Positions 51,401-62,000 of a stretch of 64,000 nt of DNA are shown piece by piece (within the stretch, counting starts at the first letter, position 1; each line of letters starts with the position of its first letter). The position numbers and the translations under genes were made by a program. Origin of the DNA: Lytechinus pictus (lineage: Eukaryota); the NCBI RefSeq assembly GCF_037042905.1, contig NC_087246.1, positions 66,030,001-66,094,000 on the forward strand, given 5' to 3'. The notes beneath the pieces were generated by a model that saw only the letters and a list, made by a program, of their open reading frames with translations, ran no database searches and was not told where the DNA came from.

Positions 51401-52781
51401 TATTAGGAGCATGGCCCTGGGAAGCGGGGGTGACGACCCTCAAGATTTTCCTTGGGGTGCTGCGTGTATTATTCTCCATAGGCAGCATCTTCCTGGAATT
51501 CTGGTAGATGTTAAAAAATTGAGAAATCTAAGCAAAATGACCTATATTTTGTAGCGAAACCCCTTTTTTCTTATGCTCGTCAAAATATCTCGAGACCTAA
51601 ATAGCCTTCATTTTTTAGTGAAACCGAAACCCACCGCCTTTTTTTTGCATGTCAAATTTACATCAGCACCCCCAGTAAAAAAAAATGGGTCCTAGGAGCC
51701 TGATTAGGAGGGGGTTGGGTTGCCGTCCCTAGGGATGGGGATATATCCCCCCTCCCAAAAAAAATTACAGTAGTAGATTGTAACTATGATGATATATTAA
51801 TATAATGACAAATTGTGATCATGGTGATAAGGAGGGAGAAGAAAATGATGATTATCATGATGATTATAATTGTAATGATTGTGGTACACGTATGAAAACC
51901 GTCATTATGTAAATTTCTGATGATGATTATTGTTATTGAATGAAACCACTTCTTTCGGAAACTGTTAGAAACAGATCGTTTTGGCTTCTTCCCATTAATT
52001 TTTTTACCCCCCTTTTGAATATCACTTCATTTTCGTTAGTATACTTTATTTTGGCATGTTTGGTTTATTATATAATAAGTAAAGAAAATAAAAAATAAAT
52101 GAGAATTGATATTTTTTTTTGCATTTTTGCAATATCCTAACATCACTTTCCTGTAACTCGATAGAATTTGATTTCAACCTTTGTTGAAGTAGACGTCAAG
52201 AAATATCAGTGGCGTAGTGGGCCAAAAAATCATCAAAGGGGGCAAGATATGGTATATAGGTCAAAATTAATTTTTTTTTAAAGGTTGCGAGCGAGCAAAA
52301 AAATTTCGACATTTTTATTATAAAAATCAAATTTTGTGATAGACTGACAAAATATTTAAAAAATAGTATGTCTTTCCTTTTCTCTTTTGTTTTCTTAGTC
52401 GTGTTTTTTTTTTTGGGGGGGGGGGTTGCTTCCCAGCCCCCCCCCCTCCCATATGTACGCTACTGCACAGTAAAAAATATATACAACGCTGTTTACTATA
52501 TGAACCTTACAGTAATTGTTTATACAGTTTAAACAAGTGTTTAAATCTTAAGCAACAAAGTTTGATTTTCAATATCTAATGTTCAATAAATCAAACATGA
52601 TTGTTTAAACGGTTAAACAAATACTGTAAGGTTCATATAGTAAACAGCGTTGTATAAAATCTTAAACAGCGTTTTTATTGTAAGTACGTTGTCTATTTTT
52701 TTAAAACTCTTTCCAGATAAAATGACGAGATTTCTTCAGAGACTATTCAACTGCATCCACCAAGAGAAGAAGACTTACTAA
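31056..52781 (+). CDS. SLC7 family L-type amino acid transporter light chain (paralogue B), ~488 aa, 12 coding exons
   Basis: Exons 31056-31066 (MAG-S), 34089-34197, 35389-35557, 36189-36380, 43793-43918, 46051-46150, 48242-48286, 48785-48908, 49300-49403, 49794-50037, 51191-51368, 52717-52781 (TAA). Total 1467 nt, all GT-AG, in frame. Motifs: [70 protein letters not shown]; ends QEKKTY. Confidence 0.92.
33748..34063. mobile_element. MITE (gggtgatattctgata...tatcagaatacccc)
   Basis: Terminal inverted repeats; related right end at ~50940-51018. Confidence 0.55.
34978..35280. repeat. (GAT/GGT)n compound microsatellite
   Basis: Direct observation. Confidence 0.9.
36845..37014. mobile_element. 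Small MITE with AAATATACCGGG inverted ends
   Basis: aaatataccggg ... cccggtatattt. Confidence 0.55.
37041..38729 (-). mobile_element. Non-autonomous Helentron/Helitron2-like (DINE-1/HINE architecture) element
   Basis: 14-bp subterminal inverted repeats TTAGGTGGTCTGTC (37069-37082) / GACAGACCACCTAA (38716-38729). Palindrome at one end (38700-38728), hairpin AATTCGTC-atgcg-GACGAATT plus terminal CTAG at the other, internal (AAT)n, inserted in an A/T run. Confidence 0.7.
37371..37438 (-). pseudogene. tRNA-like Pol III unit inside the Helentron-like element
   Basis: A box TGGCTCAATGG, B box GGTTCGAGTCC, downstream T-run (37353-37359). Acceptor and anticodon stems are imperfect, so not a functional tRNA. 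Confidence 0.65.
38900..39830 (+). mobile_element. Decayed L2/CR1 LINE RT fragment (layer A)
   Basis: RPISVLPALSKILER, IFLNLRQAFDVIPH, GVPQGSILVPLIF; frameshifted. Confidence 0.85.
40022..40104 (-). mobile_element. Isolated LINE 3'-end insertion with (ATT)n tail
   Basis: Reverse strand cagggcccgctgggagaacag...ttccctgggtaaatatacctg(tat)n interrupting the QSGFR..STST motif of layer B. Confidence 0.7.
40409..41600 (-). mobile_element. 5'-truncated L2/CR1 LINE (layer C), inverted inside layer B
   Basis: MYADDTT, LNTEKT, LGVLIDEELKW, LYNSLVLPRFDCCS, HEHHTRQ; 3' end cagggcccc...gggctaccctg plus (AATAA)n at 40409-40488. Confidence 0.9.
44296..45808. mobile_element. Harbinger-like non-autonomous element with nested hAT-like MITE (~44728-45411)
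   Basis: Ends AGCCAGGGTTACA / TGTAATCCTAGCT with TAA/TTA flanks; attcgg-rich interior; nested cactggcggaccc...ggatccgcccctg. Confidence 0.6.
46645..46684 (-). ncRNA. Minimal type I hammerhead ribozyme motif (Penelope-like element associated)
   Basis: Minus strand: cuc-CUGAAGA-c-GACAAG(gacaca)CUUGUC-GAAA-C-GUC^gag. Complete catalytic core, perfect 6-bp stem II, palindromic minimal stem III, 3-bp stem I. Confidence 0.7.
46830..47984 (+). mobile_element. Full-length non-autonomous hAT element
   Basis: Perfect 8-bp TSD TGTAAGAG (46822-46829, 47985-47992); CAG...CTG termini; internal gctcgcgcttcgcgctcgc repeats. Confidence 0.85.
48338..48655. repeat. (CTA)n/(TAA)n/(GAT)n compound microsatellite
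   Basis: Direct observation. Confidence 0.92.
49408..49556. repeat. (ATTG)n/(ATTC)n microsatellite
   Basis: Direct observation, right after a splice donor. Confidence 0.9.
50250..50535 (+). mobile_element. tRNA-derived SINE (tRNA head, Deu/Nin-like core, L2-type tail)
   Basis: A box TGGCCCAGTGG, B box GGTTCGAATCC, TTG anticodon-like loop; core tgctgcactcaaccca..gaatgggtacc; tail gcgctatataaat(att)n. Confidence 0.85.
52207..52465. mobile_element. hAT-like MITE
   Basis: cagtggcgta ... tacgctactg termini. Confidence 0.6.
52466..52682. mobile_element. Palindromic foldback MITE immediately upstream of the last exon of paralogue B
   Basis: tatacaacgctgtttactatatgaaccttacagta / tactgtaaggttcatatagtaaacagcgttgtata, perfect 35-bp inverted arms. 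Confidence 0.75.
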
Positions 52782-55087
52782 CGATCATATCACGTCTTAA
52801 CACTGTAATCTGGACCTGTATATACTGTAGAAAATTATGCAGTTTATAAGTCGGAGATTTAAAAAAAAATACAACACACCTTCTTAATATGTTGCTTAGC
52901 TTATTCGCCCCCCCCCCCCTATGTGTTATCTAGAGGAGTATATTAGCACAATAGCTGGATACTTTAACATGTCTTTAAAATTTAAATGTGTAACTATAAC
53001 AGTTAATGAGTAAAAGAATAATGACAAGTTAACTATTTCACAATTATATCACAGCTATATCCCCGGTATAGCCTCACTTTCATTAGGCGATTTAATACGG
53101 AAATAGTATTGCCTTTAACAAAATTATTATTTGAAGATAAGATGTGATCAACTTCACATGTGAAATCATATACACTATCCTGGTAACATAAATATAATAC
53201 TTGGACACACTTTTTCTTTATTATGCGAGCCTCATGGAGCAAGTGAAATAATGTTATCATCACTATCCAAGAATTTTCAGCCGAAATAACCTTTGAACTT
53301 ATTCCAGTGACCTGAAATTTCAGTCCCGTAATTGCTATAACTTTACAAGTTTCAAAGAATATTGAAAAAAAATAATGATCAAAGAGATAGTTTGGACCTT
53401 CGGACTGCTATGATAAAAATTAATCATAAACGAATTGGAGCTCAAATACAGGAAACCAAAAGTTTGTCAAACGACACGTTTAGGATGGTTGAGATGGGCG
53501 GCATGCTATCGTGTGTAATGGCGGCGATATGTCAATAATTATGAAGGGCTTACACGTTTAATTTAGAAGATCTGGAGTGATTTTTCACCCCCTCCCCTTC
53601 TCCGATGATAAAGTATACCATGGAGAATTGTGTTTGAGTTATTTATACACACGACTTTACGAATCGCTTGCATGCTTTTCTTTGCTACCAAATCAGATTC
53701 TCAATCAGATTGATTCCCATCAGCTGCAGGTGAAATTTGATCTTCAACTTGTAGTTATTAACAAGTATGGAAAATGTAATTTTTTTCTGAAACTGGGGAG
53801 GGTAATATACATTCCCAATATGTTAAAATGCGAAACTTATGCGTATGGCTTTATGAAACATCTCCCAGACCCCCCTTCGTTCGTTTTGTTTTTAGATAAT
53901 TGACATATTTTAATTAGAAATATTTGTCAAATTCTAGAAAATAAAACTTGTCTCCCGAATATAATAATACATATGCAAATCCTTCTTAAGCCATCCGAGA
54001 ATCAATATTATTAAAAGATCAAATCAGACAAATCAAATAATAGCCAGGTAAAACTTGCTTACATACTTCATTGTCAAGTTCAGTATAAACAGTTGTAGTG
54101 AGGCCTAACCAGGTGCGGATCCAGAATTTCAGAAAGGGGAGGGGAGGGGGGGGGGCAGGAGAGCAAAATGTTGATCAATATCTCTGCTGGTGGTGGCCAG
54201 CCACGAAAAAAGGCAAACAAATAAAACACAAAAGGGTGGATTTCATCTTTACTTTCTATTAGGAGGTAGGGAGGGGCATTTATTTTCCAACTTACAAGGG
54301 GGTAATAGTATACCACTGTTTGCCTAAAAGGTATGTCACATTGTCACATACCCCCCCCCCCCCCCCCCCCGTCACACCCTTGATCCGCGCCTGTGCTTAA
54401 AGAGAACCTGTTTAATAAAGCGCTGAGTTCTTTCGTAGCGGCGATGGGAATTTCTGAATGACGCCGTATCTTATTAAAACCGCCCAACCCCATTTTGTAA
54501 AATCAGATTTATGTAGGCCTATATTTCGTACTTTTTCAACACGGACGTCGGGTATGTATAATGTTTTTTAATCTGTATTTTGTATATTTCTTAAGTAAAT
54601 GATAATAATATGAACAGTGAGACTCAACAATGAAATTAAATTGAACGATAAAATAATCATTTGTATTTTCTTTCATTTCTTCATAGTCTGTGTAAAAAGC
54701 AGTTAATGTACATTAGAAGTCTGTGTACAAAGCCGTAAATGTACATTATCCGTTCATATAGGTTGACGTGAAGGCATGTGTTTCCCCCTATTTCCATCAA
54801 TTTTTGAACTCAATTTAAATTTAATTTCCCCGGTTAATTTCAAATTCAAATTCAAAACATGATCCAATCCAATCCATTCTATGTTTCCGTTGAGAAGTTT
54901 ATGACAGCAACTTTAATAAGGAGTTACAATGGTATGTTGGTCGAGAAACAAATTTTATTGAATTCCTTTGTAATTATCTTAATTTCCTAGCTTTCATATT
55001 GTACGGAATGATCTTGGTTAATCCTTGAACAACGCGAGGCGTTTACTAGAATCCAATATCCAGCAGGTTACACAACGAGCAGGTGCA

Positions 55088-56179
55088 ATGAGGGCGAAGA
55101 TCTCAAAGTGTTTGTATTGCTTGACTCTCCTGGCTGCAGCAATGTCCTCATGGCTCGGGTACAGCATCACCAAGCACAACATCCGAGGTTCGATCCCCAA
55201 GCCTGACAGAGAAATATTACGATTCGAAAATAGTAAACAGAAGCAGTTAATTTCTGATGAAAGCGTAGAAGCTGAATCCATAAGTGCTAAAAACCATTCC
55301 AAGAACCTGGGTGTCCTCGCCCAGCATTCATGGACACCCGTTTCTGCTTTACACAACTATAACTACTTGCAGAATAATCGTCTCAAGTGCGAAAGGGCTT
55401 ATACAACGGTCATTGCCATCGTGGCGTCAGCCCCGGGAAACTTCGACCGAAGAAATGTTATCAGGATGACATGGATTCAGCGCGCGATTGAGTTCAAGTT
55501 TGCCATGAAAGTCATGTTCATATTGGGAGAGACGTCCGACAGATCAGTCGGGTACAGGATCAAGCAAGAGGCTTACATCCACAAGGACATTATCCAAGAA
55601 GATTTCCAGGATACCTACCTCAACCTGACAGTCAAGACGATCGGTGCCCTGAAGTGGGCCACACAGTCATGCCCCCGGGCCAAGTTCTTCATGAAACTCG
55701 ACGATGATGTCGTTGTCAATGTCGGGAATCTGACTTGGTTTCTCGAAAAACACGTCCCGTCGTCCAACTACCTTGGTGGTATTCCGATCTTCGGGGCTCG
55801 TGTGTATCGCGATCCAACCGAAAAATGGTACACACCAATGGAGATCTATCCTAACGAAACATACCCTCCCTACACGGAAGGGAAAGCGTACGTCATGTCC
55901 ATGGACGTTGCTGAAAGGATCTACAACCACTCTCAAACCTTACAGATCTTCCCCTGGGAGGATATCTTCATCGGTATATGTGCCAAACACTTAAATATTG
56001 TTCCCCAAGAAATAATATGCTTCCTTGAACGTGATTTACTGAAAGTGCGATATGAAGATAAACTTGTAAAGTCTAACAAAACATTAAAAAATGTGAGGTT
56101 CCTGTACGTCGTTTACGACCTTGACGTAGAAGAAATGATCGATGTTTGGAGGGCATGGATGTCAAATAGCTGGGGTTAA
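55088..56179 (+). CDS. Beta-1,3-galactosyltransferase-like glycosyltransferase (CAZy GT31), 363 aa, single coding exon
   Basis: First ATG at 55088, followed by an N-terminal type II signal anchor (CLYCLTLLAAAMSSWLGYSI). GT31 motifs: ASAPGNFDRRNVIRMTW, FILG, DIIQEDFQDTYLNLTVKT, FMKLDDDVVVN (DxD), KWY, YPPY, EDIFIGIC, EEM..VW. Confidence 0.93.
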   Translation: MRAKISKCLYCLTLLAAAMSSWLGYSITKHNIRGSIPKPDREILRFENSKQKQLISDESVEAESISAKNHSKNLGVLAQHSWTPVSALHNYNYLQNNRLKCERAYTTVIAIVASAPGNFDRRNVIRMTWIQRAIEFKFAMKVMFILGETSDRSVGYRIKQEAYIHKDIIQEDFQDTYLNLTVKTIGALKWATQSCPRAKFFMKLDDDVVVNVGNLTWFLEKHVPSSNYLGGIPIFGARVYRDPTEKWYTPMEIYPNETYPPYTEGKAYVMSMDVAERIYNHSQTLQIFPWEDIFIGICAKHLNIVPQEIICFLERDLLKVRYEDKLVKSNKTLKNVRFLYVVYDLDVEEMIDVWRAWMSNSWG

Positions 56180-56236
56180 CGTAATCGAAGTGAAGTGGAT
56201 TTTTTTTCGAAATCAATTTCAATAGGTCTCATTTAA

Positions 56237-56775
56237 TGGGATGTCCAGCCCAAGAAAAAGTTGTTCTGAATGGAAAGAGAAAAATCTAACTAGCTGAAGA
56301 ATTCATCGAAATTAGATGTAAACAAGGAAATTGTGACATTTTAAAAACTTTTTTTTTCATTTTTTTTTTGTGATATGCAAATGAGTGCCAATGAGACAAT
56401 TCATGAAACACACTCACCATTCTTTAAATTATACAATACTTTTATTATTTCGTATTTCGATTTGTTCATCAAATCACAATATGCCACAATAAATTGTAAT
56501 TCCTCATGTTCAGGGAGGAATCCAATTTTCAAACTATAATGAAGAGAAAATTGACATGTTTCATCTGCATGTAATGAATTTCAAAATGGTGAGTATGACG
56601 CCATCGGCTGCCTCATTTGCACACCGAACGAGATATGCATACTACTGGTTTGTAAACTCAAACGATATTTTAAATTTGCTTATTTTACATCCGATTTTGA
56701 TGAATATTCATTGTTAAGCTTGTTTGATTTTCTTTTCCTACTCAAACCAGCTTTTTGTCGGGGTGGACTTCTCCT
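56237..56775. mobile_element. Kolobok/T2-type MITE, diverged copy of 10638-11199
   Basis: Colinear similarity; ends ggggtggacttctcct|ttaa. Confidence 0.7.
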
Positions 56776-56851
56776 TTAACTGCAGAAAAAGCGACAGGCA
56801 TGAGATCGACTGAAAGAAATTACTGCAAGACTTAAGATCACGGACGTCTCA

Positions 56852-57110
56852 GGGACGCACCATTAGATATCCAGGGGGCTGGAAGTTTTTCAAAAAAAAA
56901 CTTGACTGGCTATATGAGCAAAAAAAGCTTGACTCACCATCAGAGTAAAAAATAAAAACTTGGTCCACTGACAAATCATCTGAAAGGGGCCCAAAAAATT
57001 GTCATACTGGACTAAGGAAAAAAAAAACTTTACTGAAAGAAGAAAGGAAAAAAAAATTGCATCAACCCAAACTTCCAGCCCCCCCCCCCCCCATTATAAT
57101 GGTGCGTCCC
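56852..57110. mobile_element. MITE, copy of 8799-9068
   Basis: gggacgcaccatta ... taatggtgcgtccc. Confidence 0.75.
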
Positions 57111-58162
57111 CTAGATACGCCATTTGTAAAGAGGTCTGATTTGTCATCGACTGGCATTGCTTACAACACCCAAATGGTTCTCTCATACCCTCATATTAAG
57201 AATGATATTAATATCAAAACCTATAAAAATGAAATCGTGAATCGGATAATGAATAATTGAATGGAACCGATGTGAATTGACTCGAATTTATTAACAAATA
57301 TCACTACATTATTAAATTAATTTGTATCAGTGGAGTATAGTTGAATTTTGTTAATCCGAGCTAACAAATTAGCAACATACTTAACAAAGTTAGCTCCTAT
57401 TGAATAGGTTGACTCACAATATTAATGAGCATCGATGAAATGTCTCAATTTTACTTACTTCATTACTTCATATTTATTCAACGAACATTTTTACGTAATT
57501 TCCAGAAAAAAAGATTAATAATTGACAGAATACTTTACAATGATGTTTGTATTGTTGGTCAGCTCTTTGTGAAATAAATCTATTTGTGTTATTGTAACTA
57601 AATGTAAAACATGACTTGTTTAAAATTCATTCAAGAGGTAGATTTTTCTCTTACAGCTAATGCTGTAATCATAAACGCAAACTTATAGGTCAAACAGGAA
57701 TCCCTTGAGATTTATAAGCTAATTGCCATGGCCATGATGGCATAAGCTTTCATAAGCGTACTTGTACATATTATATGGACGATTAACTCAACACTGGGGG
57801 CTAATAACACTGGGGGTTTGTTTTACTATTGCGAATCGTGCAATGATGCTTATTAAATAAAACTCTCAGTGATTCCTCTTGAAACATTATTGGGTGGGGG
57901 AATCGATTTTTTAGTTAGGACAAGAAATCGACGAAGAAAATCATGAAGGATAGGTTTTTCCAGGTCCTAGTTAGTCATTTCCTGCGTGAAAGCGTATTGG
58001 TAAGGCGAAATATTGGGGATTTACAAAGGCACATCCGTTTTGTTCCAAATTAGGATATAATTGAATGGATGAACATGAACTTGAAACGCTACATGGTGGT
58101 CAAATTATCGGTTTCGGTACTATCATGGTCACACCAATAAATGAAGTCTTTCCCGCACATCC

Positions 58163-58345
58163 CGGTGGGTCTTTTATAAAGCTGTTTGTAAGTTAAGAGC
58201 GACTTCACGAACAACTGGTTATTCTTTATTGATGTAAATGATATCCACACCATATTTTCATTGGTGCTGATGTAGTTTCAAGAAAGGATCACCAGTCGAT
58301 CGTAAAGCCGTTCATAAGTTACGAACAGCTTTATGCAACATCCAC
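58163..58345. mobile_element. Foldback MITE
   Basis: ataaagctgtttgtaagtta..gcgactt / aagccgttcataagttacgaacagctttat inverted arms. Confidence 0.6.
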
Positions 58346-59025
58346 ACAGACTGTTCTACCAACACCCACCGCACAAATTACGTTCGAAATGGTCTATTCC
58401 CGGTCTTTGAACAAATCAAGATATGTGGCGTCACAGCTCTTCAGTGGCCGTAGACCAGTCAGAGACGGGGCCCACAGGCCGCAGCCTCGATAAAACTTTT
58501 CACCAATCAAACCACATACTCAATATGACGTCATACCTTTCGCAAGTGTCTAGTCTTGAAAACCTAACAAATGAGTTCTAGTCATTGCTCTGCATCTGAC
58601 TGTTTGCGATAGAGTGGTTTATATTCGAACAACTCAAGAACTGTCAATCAGTCTTCTGAGAGATACGAAACAACGAAGTTTGTATGTTGGTGATGGTTAA
58701 CAAATTTAATCTTTCTTTACTAGATGACATAGTTTCGGAAATTAAACATATGCGTCCTTTGACACAAAACAAAGTGAAAGTATTTTGAAAATGCTCCTAA
58801 AATGGAATTCATCTTTTTACACATATGTTCACGACTTCAAAGATGTAAAAAAATCCAAAATCAGACGTACAATGACGTTTAGTGTGATAGATACTCCAAA
58901 GTGTACATACGGACAGGTTTTTTTTCAGATTAGCCGTATGTTGTATGACTATTTACCATACAGGTGAAACATTAAACATATATACTAAGGTTAGAGAGGG
59001 GTTGATTCCCTTTGATTAAAAGTTA

Positions 59026-62000
59026 TCAAACAATGACTTTCTCCACACTGACACTAGTCGAGCTTGAGGTCTTCGACTTCGGTTTCTTACTATCAAACAC
59101 AAATTTCCCGATGTCTTCGATGTTCATGTGAGGATGGACGCCGACCTCGATGCCCGATTCGCGGCACATTTCAAGTAGAGTGTCAATGTTGGACTGGGAG
59201 AGTCGCAAGTAGCGGCATCGCAGGACTTGAAGCGGGTCAAAGTTCATCGCAGGATCGGCGTCGTGCTGTTGCCTTTGAGCGGCCGCTTGCGAGTTGATGC
59301 ACTGCAGCGCGCGAAGTTGAGCACGAAACCGACGGTTTTGAACGGAGTTGCTGGAAGGGTCGTAGGCCGTGCTGCTGCCGACACTGCCGGCGATGAGTTC
59401 TTCGATGTTTACACCAGCACCATCCGCCTTGTTGTTGTATAAGGCCGAGCGAAGATCATTCAGAACATCCATTGGAATGTGGATATGACTATGTGAAGCA
59501 TCTTAAATAATAATTAAAGATAAATAAATTGACATTAGTTCCACATAATTTTATTTTAAAAAACCCGTCCAAATCCATTTCATGATTTGCAGTCTCTAAG
59601 ACGACACATTTCCATAGGCATTAGAGTTTGTCGCACGTTATTTTAGAGCGTTAACCAAAATTTTGTTGTACAAAATATATTCTAATTTTTTTATGGTTCT
59701 CACACCCCCTCCCAACAGCCGGTGATGATTAAGATGAAGGTTAGAAGCCATATGATAGGCCTTAGTCTGGAAACAAATCTTTATGGCAAATTAAATTCAT
59801 ACAAATGCATATATACAGTGCGTCCCAGAAAAAACGAAACCGAGATTTAGCGATGATTTATCATAATCCCCCCAAAAATAGACAAATTACCTACCAATGT
59901 AAAGCTTAGAATCTCTTCTTTCATCTGGTATTACTTAGATTATTTCTCCTTCACGCATGAGCGAGCAAAAACAATTTGAAGGAAGGATACAAAAAATTTA
60001 TTTGGCGGGGGGTATATGAATTTCAAAAAGAAAACCACATGTCTTAAAATTTCAATATCTGCTCTTTGATTTGATATCTCAATTACAGAAAATGGTCAAG
60101 AAATAAGGCTTGAATTTCAATAATTTCATAAAATGAAGAGGTTTTACAGGCTAGCGTTCAAACTCACTCGACACTCCGTTCTGTTTACGATCAGCCATGC
60201 ATTAAGTCTTTTGTTAACCATGCGATAGCTTCTGTGGGAAACCGGTGAAAACAGATTATTTAATGAAATTATGGAAATTCAAGCCTTATTTCAAATAACC
60301 AGAACTTTGTTTTTTCTTGACCATTTTCTGTAATTGAGGTATCAAATTAAAGAGCAGATATTGAAATTTTAAGACATGTGGTTTTCTTTTTGAAATTCAT
60401 ATACCCCCCGCCAAATGAGTTTTTGGTATCCTTCCTTTAAATTGTTTTTGCTCACTCATGCGTGAATGATGAATAATCTAAGTAATATTAGATGAAAGAA
60501 GAGATTCTAAGCTTTACATTGATAGGTCATTTGTCTATTTTATTTTTGATTAAGTTATGATAAATCATCGCTAAATCTCGGTTTCGTTTTTTCTGGGACG
60601 CACTGTATAATATCCATGTATACTCACAAGTCATATCGGTATACAAATTGAGATAGTTTGAATACCCCTATCTCAGCTGATATACATATTTCTTATTTTA
60701 TTTTTTTCATTCGTAATGAGTATCGTTTTATTACTTTTTTTATGGCAATTCTACATGTCCGCTATTTATAAGCTATTTATTTCTAATGAAATCTAAATCT
60801 GCCGAAATAACAAGCAACTAAAATGACATACCTTTAGATTTAGCTTTCTTGATGTGTTCCCGACCTGAATCATGATGGTCATGTTTGGACTCACTGCTTA
60901 ACTTAACAACATGAGCACTCTTACTCGTCGCCTTCTTGTCTTTTGGCGGACTTATTTTACTTTTGGGTTGTTCTTTCGTTTGTGCAGATTTTCCTGGTAG
61001 TTCGTCAGTCATATAAAAAGAGAAACAATCATGTATGTGTGAATGTAAGGGGAAAAAAGAAGAAGAAAAAAGAAAAGGAAGGTTAAAAAACCCTAACATA
61101 ATATTTTATCAAGATAAATATTCCTTCTGTACAATCAAAAACAGATCAAATACTTTAATACAGTGAGACAAAGATTTACGGTCAAAGATTAATGGGCAGT
61201 ACTTACGATTAGATTTAAATTTGCTTGGGGATTCTCGACGTGCTGCAACCACATGGTCACTTTTACCAACTCGGCGCTCTTTCCTTGTTGCAGCGGGAGT
61301 GTCATCTACTGCTTTATCCTCTTGCTTCTTTTCTTCTTTGAAATGGACTTTGTGATCACTGCCTTGGCTGGTGGAAGGCTCATCACCCTCGTCCAAGTCA
61401 TCATGACACTCCAGATTGAGAACTGTTTCCGATTCTGTAGATTCTGTACTCGAATGGTCACTGGGTGTGCGATGCCTCTTGCTCTCTTTGCGTTCTTGTT
61501 CTGGAGTCTCCTCTAAGACTGCTTGTCCACTGAAGAGCTTGCTGAGTAGGAATCGACTTGGTATGGCCATGCCGTGGGAAGAGGTTGGCGGACCGGCAAT
61601 CATATGACCCGATTCCCTGGAACGAGGTCCACCACCTGCCAACAGGTGACTCGACGCCCTTGGCCCTTGGTGGTGACTATGAAAAGAGGTATTGAGGGAG
61701 ATTCGACTTCCGGTGTCGCCAGGTCGGGCAAGCGTCATCTGCGATCCTTTCATGCGATCTTCCATGGATACGCTGGCTCGTCGATGCATGGAGCCTCCCT
61801 TGGGTTCCATGTAACTGCAAAAAATATAAGGAATCAAATCTTAATAAGTCTTAAAATATCGGGAAAGGGGGCGTAAGACAGTAAGATAATGAATAATGCT
61901 ATAAAATGGACAATAAAGTCAATATGATCATCTTTATTCTTTTTATAAAAAGTATCTTTAACGTATTTCATGAATCGAAATATTGTGTTCATTTCTTAGT

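Noticed and set aside
55025-55087. TTG-initiated N-terminal extension of the GT31 ORF
   Set aside because: Eukaryotic gene; the ATG at 55088 directly precedes the signal anchor, and a likely splice acceptor (cagcag) lies at ~55066.
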